A stretch of 64,000 nucleotides of DNA from Macrostomum lignano. Its lineage: Eukaryota. Shown here in pieces: positions 47,659-59,600 of the stretch. The notes beneath the pieces were generated by a model. It had not been told where the DNA came from. It ran no database searches and saw only the letters and a list, made by a program, of their open reading frames with translations. A program made the translations under genes and the position numbers. The stretch spans positions 1 to 64,000 of the forward strand of contig NIVC01001991.1 in assembly GCA_002269645.1 (NCBI GenBank), read 5' to 3'. Within the stretch, counting starts at the first letter, position 1. Each line of letters begins with the position of its first letter.

Positions 47659-50600
47659 TCAAGCCTGATAGGTGGACGAGGCCACCTGGCCGCCCCGGCC
47701 GGTCCAGTTGGTGTGCACGAACTTGCCAGGCTGGTCCATCAGCTCGTACTGGTGAGCGCCAAAATAGTCGCGTTGCGCCTGCAACAGGCTGGCCGGCAGC
47801 CGGCCGCAGCGGAAGCCGTCGTAGAAGCTGAGCGCGGCCGAGAACGCCGGACAGGGCACGCCGGCGGTGACGGCCGCGGCCAGACAGCGGCGCCAGCCGT
47901 CGTTAGCCTGGCGCATGACGCCTGAGAAGAATGGATCGAGCAGCAGACTATCCAGCTCGGGATTGCGCTCGAATGCGGTCTTGATGCGGCCAAGGAACTG
48001 GCTGCGAATAATGCAGCCTCCGCGCCACATCAAAGCGATGCCGCCTAGGTTTAGCTTCCAGCCAGTCTGAGCTGATTGCGTCTGCATCAGCATGTAGCCC
48101 TGGGCGTAGCTGACAATCTTGGAGGCGTACAGCGCCTGGTGAATGTCTTCGATGAACGCGGCCGGATCAGCTGGCCGAGGAGGTGCAGCGGATGGTCCGG
48201 GCAGGGTGGCGGCCGCGCGCTGTCGTTCGGCCTTATAGCGGCTCAGGTGGCGAGCGAAGACGGCCTCGGCGATGAGTGTCAACGGTGTGCCCGCGTGCAG
48301 ACTGGTGACAACTGTCCACTTGCCTGCGCGGGACGGGTGGCGAGGATTCTCAGTGTAAATCGCTTCGGGCAGCGCAATATTAAAAAACCGCCTCAGCAAT
48401 TGGAAAAATCGCCTCAGCAATTAGAAGAATCGCCTCAGCAATTAGAAAAATCGCCTCAGCAATTGGAAATTCGCTTCAGCGATTAGAAAATCGCCCCAGC
48501 GATTAGAAAATCGCCCCAGCGAGTAGAAAATCTCCCCAGCGATTAGCAAATCACCCCAGAGATTAGAAGACCAGCCCCACTGACCAGTTCCCTTTTGTCC
48601 GGCACAGTCCAGAATCTTGTCCACGGTGTGCTTGCCGTCATCGTCACGATGCCGCAGAATGTCGGCCGTGATCTCAATCAGAAACGAATTCAGATCGCCA
48701 TTGTTCCAACGGGTGAACACATCGGCCATTTCGTCGTTGCTGAGCCCGCAGACCTCCTTCATCAGGTGGTAAGCTTCGCAGATGAGCTGCATGTCACCAT
48801 ACTCAATGCCGTTGTGTACCTGATGAGGTTGGAATTTTTTTCGAACCTACACTTGTGTCAATAAGTACACAGGACTAGCACTGCCAGCACTATCTGAGCA
48901 CCCAAGTCACACTGAACCAGCACTATCTGAGCACCCAAGTCACACTGAACCAGCACTATCTGAGCACCCAAGTCACACTGAACCAGCACTATCTGAGCAC
49001 CCAAGTCACACTGGACCAGCACTATCTGAGCATCCAGGTGAACCAGACCCAGCAAAGACCTAGCACTCAGACAAACACAGACCTAGCACTCAGACAAACA
49101 CAGACCTAGCACTCAGACAAACACAGACCTAGCACTCAGACAAACACAGATCCAGCACTCAGACAAACACAGACCCAGCACTCAGACAAACACAGACCCA
49201 GCACTCAGACAAACACAGACCCAGCACTCAGACAAACACAGACCCAGCACTCAGACAAACACAGACCCAGCACTCACACAAACACAGACCTAGCACTCAC
49301 ACAAACACAGACCCAGCACTCAGACAAACACAGACCCAGCACTCACACAAACACAGACCTAGCACTCAGACAAACACAGACCTAGCACTCAGACAAACAC
49401 AGACCTAGCACTCAGACAAACACAGATCCAGCACTCAGACAAACACAGACCCAGCACTCAGACAAACACAGACCCAGCACTCAGACAAACACAGACCCAG
49501 CACTCAGACAAACACAGACCCAGCACTCAGACAAACACAGACCCAGCACTCACACAAACACAGACCTAGCACTCACACAAACACAGACCCAGCACTCAGA
49601 CAAACACAGACCTAGCAGTCATACATACAGACCCCCTGCACTCAGACACACAGACCCCTGCACTCAGACACAGATCTCAACAGAGCCTTAACCAGTCCGA
49701 CTAACCATCTTAACGAAGTGTCCGGCGCCGCCCTCGCCGACCCAGTCGCAGCAGGGCTGGCCGTCCACTTTAGCGCACACGGCCTGGAAGATTGGCCGAA
49801 TTCTCGGCCAGGCGTCCGGATGACCGCCGGGCATCAGCGAGGGGCCGTGTCTGGCGCCCTCCTCGCCGCCGGACACACCGGAGCCGACAAATAGCAGACC
49901 GGCGGCTTGGCAGCGCTCGAAACGTCGCTATAAATATTTTATTAAGACAGAGAGACGGACATTTTAGGAAAATTTATAGGCATAAAATTATAAATTGATA
50001 TCTTAGCAACGTACAGTAGAGTCATCGAACTCAGAGTTGCCGCCATCAATGATGATATCGCCTTTATCTAGCAAAGGAATCTGAAAAGTTAACGAATTTT
50101 ATATTTAATCTTATTTAATGCGGGTAAAAATTAAAGCAATTAAAGATTACTTGATAAAAACCCAGATAGTAAAGGTATATAAAGCAGCTATAAAAGGAAT
50201 CGCTCAGATAGACAAGTAATAGCTGTAGCCTGTAAAGAATCGCTCAGATAGACAAGTAATAGCTGTAGCCTGTAAAGAATCGCTCAGATAGACAAGTAAT
50301 AGCTGTAGCCTGTAAAGAATCGCTCAGATAGACAAGTAATAGCTGTAGCCTGTAAAGAATCCCTCAGATAGACAAGTAATAGCTGTAGCCTGTAAAGACC
50401 CACTCAGATAGACAAGTAATAGCTGTAGCCTGTAAAGACCCACTCAGATAGACAAGTAATAGCTGTAGCCTGTAAAGACCCACTCAGATAGACAAGGGGT
50501 AGATGTAGCCTGTAAAGACCCGCTCAGATAGACAAGGGGTAGATGTAGCCTCTAAAGACCCGCTCAGATAGACAAGGGGTAGATGTAGCCTGTAAAGACC

Positions 50601-53600
50601 CGCTCAGATAGACAAGGGGTAGATGTAGCCTGTAAAGACCCGCTCAGATAGACAAGGGTAGATGTAGCCTGTAAAGACCCGCTCAGATAGTCAAGGGGTA
50701 GATGTAGCCTGTAAAGACCCGCTCAGATAGACAAGGGGTAGATGTAGCCAGTAAAGACCCGCTCAGATAGTCAAGGGGTAGATGTAGCCTGTAAAGACCC
50801 GCTCAGATAGACAAGGGGTAGATGTAGCCTGTAAAGACCCGCTCAGATAGTCAAGGGGTAGATGTAGCCTCTAAAGACCCGCTCAGATAGACAAGGGGTA
50901 GATGTAGCCTGTAAAGACCCGCTCAGATAGACAAGGGGTAGATGTAGCCTGTAAAGACCCGCTCAGATAGTCAAGGGGTAGATGTAGCCTCTAAAGACCC
51001 GCTCAGATAGTCAAGGGGTAGATGTAGCCTGTAAAGACCCGCTCAGATAGACAAGGGGTAGATGTAGCCTGTAAAGACCCGCTCAGATAGACAAGGGTAG
51101 ATGTAGCCCTGTAAAGAATCGGAACTGCTTACCAAGCTATCAATAAAGTCGTCAACAGGCTTGCCAGCCTGCACCAGCAACATGACAGCGCGCGGTTTTT
51201 TCAATAACTTGACGAACTCCTCCAACGAATGGGCACCAACCACTTGAGTGCCTTTGGCCTCATTAGCCAGGAATCTATCCACTTTGGACACTGTTCGATT
51301 GAAGACGCCAACCTAGTTTTGATTGAAAATAAAATTTAAACAGTTAATTTAAGCAGGCGAAATGGCAGATAAATAAAAAACCCGCAGATTTTTAACCCGC
51401 AAAATTCCAACCCCCGAAACTATTTTTCGCATGCATTTCTTAAATCTAAAGTCAAATGTCATTCCTAGGACACAAAATGGCTCTCTTTCTCTGCACTGTT
51501 ATGCAAAGAGGTCCATGAAAGGTCCGAATGTAATAATCGGACCTCTTGGTCAGATGAGGTCCAAAACAGGAAATTGCAAAAATGGTTTCTTTAGTCCTAG
51601 AAATTGAAGGGTTAATGAAATTAAGTTGGATGAACCTTTTCAGAAAACAAATACTTTTGTGCGAGGGCAATCTGTACATTCCCTGAATCCAAGACCGAGC
51701 CATACATTTTAGCATCCGTTCTTTCCAGCAACACAATTAAAGGCGCTACAAAATTTGCTAGCAGCAAAAATTATGAAAACTCATGAAATGTATAAAAGAA
51801 TAAAATAGTTTTCTCACCTAACTTACTAATATACTTTTTTGTTTAAGCTTTTTAAGTTTAAAATTGCATGAAATGGGCTGAACAAAGTTACAATACTCGA
51901 TACAAAACTCGATAGCTTTTGATATTATAGCTTGTGGCAGTGCATGAATAGTCATCACTCATCAGTGTATCTTTCTTTCTCAGTTAATGCACCCTCTTTG
52001 AAACGTTAACTTGCTTTCCTATTGCTTGCCTTCCTGTTCCTATCCAATTGCTTAAATTGCTTGGCTTGATCCAAGCTATAATTTTATTACTTTAAGGTCC
52101 TTAATTTCAAGACCTATTGTCCATAAGGCTTTTTACTAACCTAGGCCTATTTGAATTTACAAGTGCATGCTTCTTCGTAAAATATGTAATTTTTCATGTC
52201 CCAATGTTTTAGCATGTATTAGCCATGTTAAGAAATACCACTCTTTTGGTCAGTCTTCTTTTGTATGCCCAGTAAAAGATTGCTTTCATTGCTGTAGTAC
52301 TATAGAGGCACTTAGGCAGCATGCTCGTAGGAAGCACTTAAAATTAAATATTCCTTCTACTAGTACTAATGTCAATGAGGAAAGAGAAGACCCTAGTGAA
52401 TCAGGTGAAGCAAATAATTCTGACCATCCTATTCATTTGCTGAATACTATAATAGATGAAAATAGAAATAGGCCTAGTCAAATTCAAAAAGACCAAACTA
52501 GTGAGATATGTAGGGAAAACTTAAGAGTCCAGTTGGCAGAAAGTTTTGTACATTTTTATATAAAAACTAAAGATTTCTTATTGGTTCCAAAGTATAAAGC
52601 TATGCAAATAGGACAGTTAGTAAAAGAGTTATTATCTGATTTTGCAAATAGTTATTTGCAACTTTTTAAACAATATTTGAATGAACATTTTCCATCCTTA
52701 GCCTCACATAGAAGCCTTGAAGTATTAAATATTGAAGAAATGATAGACATAAGTATTGAGCATTTATTAAGTGATAGAAAATTATTAGAAATTCTTCTAA
52801 ATCAATATAATTTAGTTCAGCCTATTGAATTTGTTGATTCTAATTTAAAGGTCAAGTTTCAATATGTGTCTATTAAGGAAACTATTGAAAGTATATCAAA
52901 TAATGAATATATTTTAGATTGTTTACTATTGCCACCAAATCAAAATAACAATCCATTCTTTAAGTCTTCATATTATTTAAACTATATTTTACCATTATCT
53001 GATCATGCAATTTATTTAAAATTATATTCTGATGAAATAGAAGTTTGCAATCCTATTGGTTCAGCAAAGACTAAGCATAAATTGTATGTTATTTATTTTA
53101 CTATTCTTAATATTTCTGAATCTTGGAATTCATCAACTAGTCTCTGTTTCCTAAATTTAGTTTGTACTGACAATATGGTCAAAAAGGCAGGTATTAACTT
53201 TTTTTTAGCACCATTGGTTAAGGAATTAAATGATTTATACTTAAATGAAGTAAAAATTAGCTTAACTATCAAGTTACCTGTCATTGCATGCTTTTTTACT
53301 GGAGATAATTTGTCAATGCATGGTCTATTAGGTTTACAAAAATGTTTTTCAGGTGGCTATATATGTAAATATTGTCTTAAAAAATATAATCAATTATGTG
53401 AAGTAAATTTGGAAGACTTGGGCTGCTTATTTAAATTTGATATGCGAACTCATTTATCAATTATTGAATCATCTAGAAATCAATGTAATGGCTTTGTATC
53501 TAACCAATCTATATTATTTAATATAATGTATATTAATCTTCCTCTTTTTTTGCACCAGATATTATGCATGATATATTAGAAGGTATGTCTCATCTTGTTG

Positions 53601-56600
53601 TTTGTCTAGTTTTTGAGTATCTAATAAAAACATTGGGTGAAAATATAGAATTTACTAGCAATCTTCGCCCCCCGATGGGGGACATCTAGATAGAATCTCT
53701 GTTCTCTACAAGTATCAATAAGATGGCCAAACAAAGCCTTCACATAGTCAATAGAAAACTGCTCAGATGAAGTGCAATGCAAAAAGAAAACATCCTAAGA
53801 CAGCAAGCATCCCCCCAGATAGCAAGCACCTCCAGATAGCAAGCATCCCCCCAGATAGCAGGCTCCCCCCAGATAGCAAGCATCACCCAGATAGCAAGCA
53901 TCCTAGATAGCAAGCATCCCCTAGATAGCAAGCATCCCCCAGATAGCAAGCATCCCCCAAATAGCAAGCATCTTCCAGATAGCAAGCATCCCCCAGATAG
54001 CAAGCATCCCCCAGATAGCAAGCATCCCAGATAGCAAGCATCCCCCAGATAGCAAGCATCCCCCAGATAGCAAGCATCTCCCAGATAGCAGGCACCCCCA
54101 GATAGCAGGCACCCCCAGATAGCAAGCATCCCCCAGATAGCAAGCACCCCCAGATAGCAGGCACCCCCAGATAGCAAGCACCCCAGATAGCAAGCACCCC
54201 AGATAGCAAGCACCCCCAGATAGCAAGCACCACCAGATAGCTAGCACCCCCAGATAGAAAGCACCACCAGATAGCAAGCACCCCCAGATAGCAGGCTCTC
54301 CCAGATAGCAAGCACCCCAGATAGCAGGCAACATGGTGGCTTTTTACTGTTAGACATGGTGGCTCTTTAATGTTAGACATGGTGGCTTTTTAATGTTAGA
54401 CATGGTAGCTCTTTAATGTTCGGCATAGTAGTTCTTTAATGTTAGACATGGTGGCTCTTCTATGTTTAACAATGTGGCTCTTTAATGTTTTACATGGTGG
54501 CTCTTTAATGTTCGACATGGTGGCTCTTTAATGTTAGACATGGTGGCTCTTTAATTTTCGACATAGTGGCTCTTTAATGTTAGACATGGTGGCTCTTCTA
54601 TGTTTGACATGGTGGCTCTTTAATGTTCGACATGGTGGTCCTTTAATTTTTGACATGGTGGTTCTTTAATGTTCGACATGGTGGCTCTTTAATGTTCTAC
54701 ATGGTGGCCCTTTAATGTTTGACATGGTGGCTCTTTACTGTTAGACATGGTGGCTCTTTAATGTGTGATATGGTGGCACTTTAATGTTTGACATCATGCC
54801 AGATTTATGTTTGACATGGTGGCTCTTTAATGTTCGACATGGTGGCTCTTTTAGGTTTGACATGGTGGCTCTTTAATGTTCGACATGGTGGTTCTTTAAT
54901 GTTCGACATGGTGGCTCTTTAATGTTCTACATGGTGGTTCTTTAATGTTCGACATGGTGGCTCTTTACTGTTAGACATGGTGGCTCTTTAATGTTCGATA
55001 TGGTGGCACTTTAATGTTTGACATAAAGTCACATATATGTTTGACATAAAGTCAAATATATGTTTGACATAAAGTCACATATATGTTCGACATGGTGGCT
55101 CTTTTTAACATCTGATATGGTGGCTCTTCTATGTTTAACATGGTGGCTCTTTAAGGTTCGACATGGTGGCTCTTTAATGTTCAAAATGGTGGCTCCTTAA
55201 TGTTCTTCATGGTGGCTCTTTTTTGTTCGACATGGTGGCTCTTTTTTGTTCTACATGGTAACTCTTTTATGTTTGATACAGTGGCTTTTTAATGTCTGAC
55301 ATGTTGGCTCTTTTATGTTTGACATGGTGGCTATTGTTTGACATGGTGGCTCTTTAATGTTCGAAATAGTGGCTCTTCAATGTCTGAAATGGTGGCTCTA
55401 TTATGTTCGACATGGTGGCTCTTTTAGGTTTGACATGGTGGCTCTTAAATGTTTCACATGGTGGCTCTTTAGTTTTTAACATGGTGGCTTTTTGATGTTC
55501 TTCATGATATAGCTCTTTTATGTTACACATGGTGGCACTTTAATGTTCGACATGGTGGCTCTTTAATGTTTGACATAAAGTCACATATATGTTCGGCATG
55601 GTGGCTCTTAAATGTTTGACATGGTGGCTCTTTAATATTCTACATGGTGGCTCTTTTATGTTAGACATGGTGGCTCTTTAATGTTTGACATAGTGGCTTT
55701 TTAAGGTTTGAAATGGTAACACTTTAATGTTTGACATAAAGTCACATATATTTTGACATGGTGGCTCCTAAATGTTTGACATGGTGGCTCTTTATGTTTG
55801 ACATGGTAACTCTTTTATGTTTGATACGGTCGCTTTTTAATGTCTGATATGTTGGCTCTTTTATGTTTGACATGGTGGCTCTTTAATGTTCGACATGGTG
55901 GCTCTTTAATGTTCGACATGGTGGCTCTTTAATGTTTGACATGGTGGCTTCTAATTGTTTGACATGGTGGCTCTTTAATGTTCAAAATGGTGGCTCTTTT
56001 ATGTTTGACATGGTGGCTCTTTTATGTTTGACATGGTGGCTCTTTTATGTTTGACATGGTGGCTCTTTTATGTTTGACATGGTGGCTCTTTTATGTTCGA
56101 CATGGTGGCTCTTCTATGTTTGACATTGCGCTTCTTTGATGTTTAGCAGTTTTGTTGTGTTTTTAAGGTGTTTTAATAAAAAAAATCTTTTTGTACTACT
56201 AAGATTTGAACCCAGGTTGCTACATTAGCATTCCAGTCTGTTCGCATCAGGGCTATCTCTTTTCAATTGGAGAACATGAATTGTGGCCCTTATAATTCAA
56301 TTCTTACAGCAAGTCAATCGGAGTAAAAAGTTATGACATAATCAATTTCTCAGTCAGCCAGTATCAGTCTCAATTTAAGTTAGCAATATGGTTACGCAAT
56401 TTCAATCAAGTCGTGTGTGCATTTCTTCGGCACTGTTTTCAACTTGTTGTGATGCAATCTTTATCACAATCGGAATTCAGTCAGTCAGTTTTTTCTCTAG
56501 CATTCTTACAATGCATTTCAAGTCGAAAATTTGGCTTGACCTTTGCAAAAAAGCATGTTTTTCGAATATTTAATCCCTTTAACATTGAGCAATTTCTTAG

Positions 56601-59600
56601 CCAAGATGCATGTACTGTCCCAGGAAAATTTCTGTTCGAATGGTGCAAGTTTGAAGAAAATCGGTTGAGCCATTTTTTCTGAAATCTATCGCATAGCTAC
56701 AGACATTTCATTTTTAGTATATTGGATTAATAAGCAAGTGTCCTATATTCCAAATATTTCTTTCCCATCTATATCAAAGTATCATATTCAAAACTATCAT
56801 TTGTCATGTACAGCAAGCCAAATGATGCATCTTTTACAATATTTTGGTCTTATTTTTGGTGAAAAGTTTGACAATTTAAGCTTTGATAATCATCCTCATG
56901 TTTGGGAATTGTTTTTAAATCATCGGCAATTTTCGGATATATTATTTAATCTAGTGCCATTAGAAAATACCAACAAGGATTATTTTAGATATTTGATTGC
57001 AACCCAAATTGAAGTGATATATAAATTAACAAATAATAATCCCAAGTATAAATGTAAATTGCATTATATTTGTCATTATGTAGATATGTATTCTTGTTAT
57101 AATGGGCTTTATTATCTATGGACTATGAGATCTAAAGCAGAGCACCAGGTTATAAAAGAAATAAGTAGACATACAAAGAACTTTATTAATGTAGCTTATT
57201 CAGTATCCAAGAAATTTCAAGTAAAGAAGGCATTGATTATGAAACATTTTTTATATGTTGACCTTCAATTTAATAAATCTGAAGCTATCAAGCTTGAGAA
57301 TGTTCTTTCTATTCCTGATCAGTTAAAGCTAGCCGATAAGTTAAATATTGATATTAATAATTTGGGACAGTTTTGTTTCTCTACAAAAGAACTTACTTAT
57401 AAAGGTTTCTGCTATAAGGCTGCAATGCTAAGCAAAAGATATGTTATACCAATATATTCACCAAAGACTATGTCATTCATTTTAGTAAGCTCTATCTTGC
57501 AGGTATCTAATAGGTGGGTAATAATTGGGAAAAAAGTTAAATCAACATTTTTCTATAACCAAAACTGCTTCTTATGTACTATTGAAAATGATGAAACACT
57601 CTTTGTTTTTCCAGGGGAATATTTATTTCATAAACCTATTCCATTGGTATTATTTAATGGCAATCAATATGCTGCTTTAAATTTCATGCCTATTTTTGAG
57701 GAAGATAATTGATAGAAGTTTTTATCTAGACAAAAAAGTTTAATGTTTATAGAATTAGCTAAGTTGGTCTTTCCTCAAGTGATTTCTTGAGTCCTTTGTT
57801 GCAATGTTATATGAAAATAAAAACCCCATAAATAGAACTAACAGGGCTTAAGGAATTTAAGGTAGAGATCAATTTTATAATAAACATAATTTTATTAGTG
57901 TCATGTAGTAGTCTATTTTGACTCCATGACTTATAGACATTTTTCTTGACCTTGAGTGTCTTTGGCATTGTCCATTTTATGAAGATTTCCCATGTGGTAG
58001 TCTGACAGACACTTGAATAAATAATTATGCTCTCTAGGTTCCAAAGCTGAAAGGCATGCTTGATGCTTGCTAAGCTAGCTATATGCATAGCTTTGAATTA
58101 TTTTTATTTTTGTCTTTTCTTATTAAATTATCTCTTATTCTTTTTATGGTCTGTTATCTTTGATAACTTCCTCTAAATTTGATACCAAAAAAGGTTGCCA
58201 ATCATAATAGCACAAACATTTTTATAATGGGCTTGTAGACTTGATGGCAGTTACTAGTTAAAGCTAGATATCTCATTTCCTTGTATAGGGTATAGGCATC
58301 CAGTTAAATACTAGGAATTCCAGAAGGTTTCTCACCTTGGTGAATGTCTTCTTGCACAAATTCTTGATAGTGTACATTGAAGCTCCTCATTTCTTGGAGT
58401 AATTGGAATGGGTTGATTCTTGTTTGATTTGTATCCTTGTTTACATGTCACGTCAAACTGTAATCTGATGCATGTCAATGTCAAGGTAGTGTCTTTATGC
58501 TGCTCTCAAGGATATCTTTGTTGCATCATTGGGACCATTGGGACAGCCTAGGTAGATTTTGTCATTGAAAGAGTTACTTCTGGTTGTGTGCAAATGTTGT
58601 CAAACAGGGCAAGAGAGAGAGAGAGAGAGAGAGGGTGCTACAGGGCTCATGGATATTTTGTCATGACTAAGACAATCAAACAGAATGACAAAATACAAAA
58701 CCATTACATTTTTCTACAATACAATACAATACAAAACAATACAATACAATACAACAATACAATACAAAACAATACAATACAACAATACAATACAATACAT
58801 TTTTCTTTTTCATATTTGCTTTAATATTACCCCATATATTTATTTCAGCTTCGAATCTGCAACAAAGATAAAACCCAGCTTAAGCTGGTATGTGCATCTA
58901 CTCTCCATGAATTGAAAATCCGAGGATGCGAAAAGCTGGGAATCGAATATTCTGCCTCAATTCATCTCGTGACACCAGGTGGACACGACATCGACGATGA
59001 CGAATTTTTGCCAACTCTGTCTGCAGAAAAGTCTGAAATCATCTTTCTTCTGCCGGAGGAGTCCATTCGAGAAAATTTAAGGGAAGTCAATAGCAGCAAC
59101 ATTAGTTTTGACAATCAAGAAATGGCAGCAGCAAGCGAGCCGCAAGATCCTGAAAGACCGTTGCTTAAAAAATGGCCAACTGTTTACTCGCTTCCATCCA
59201 TGCCCATACTATCAAAAAGTCTACAAGAAGTCCGCCAGAACTGCAGTAGCACAGATGTCGGGCCAAAGTATAAAACGAATGCAACCTTCGTCAACAATTT
59301 TTTGCGCTATATTATTAAGGATGTCTACGACAATTATAAGAACTGCGACGACCCGTATCTCACGTGCAGCCAAATAGAGGACATTTGCAAGGCCATTATA
59401 ACGACGTACCCAGCGCTGAGCGATGCAACAGCTGATGGCACAGCATTTTGGCGTCAAAGGATCTGTCGCCGATTGAAGGAGTTCAGGTCTAAAATAGTCC
59501 CAGCCTGCAGCAGCCCACTTGTGCAGCAAATGCGGATGAAGCATGGCAGGAAGCGAAGGCATGCCGAGGCCGCTACAGCTGATGCTGCTAATTCTTCGGC

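Larger units (their letters stand above)
53655..56726 (-). mobile_element. Non-autonomous Helitron, 3,072 bp
   Basis: On the - strand it starts TCCAATATACTAAAAATG and ends with hairpin CCCCC-ATC-GGGGG then CTAG. It is inserted between host A and T with no TSD; excision restores the transposase frame. Confidence 0.88.
52167..57712 (+). pseudogene. CACTA/EnSpm transposase, ~824 aa when restored; broken by a 1-nt frameshift (~53545) and a Helitron insertion
   Basis: N-terminal C2H2-like fingers; motifs [46 protein letters not shown], then after the shift [11 protein letters not shown], and KLHYICHY...[14 protein letters not shown]. Removing 53655-56726 gives in-frame GAA TTT A|TT AAT AAG. Confidence 0.85.

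Noticed and set aside
53485-53558. Intron explaining the transposase frameshift (acceptor-like ttttttgcaccag)
   Set aside because: Splicing would delete residues that correspond to the conserved stretch before PDxMHD; a 1-nt indel is simpler.
1120-54380. Many long ORFs in the track with periodic peptides (e.g. 11749-12936, 5812-6516, 13737-14471, 19038-20021, 28084-29009, 41018-41683, 44268-45110, 53740-54380)
   Set aside because: They are translations of minisatellites lying in introns or UTRs, often open on both strands; there is no evidence of coding function.
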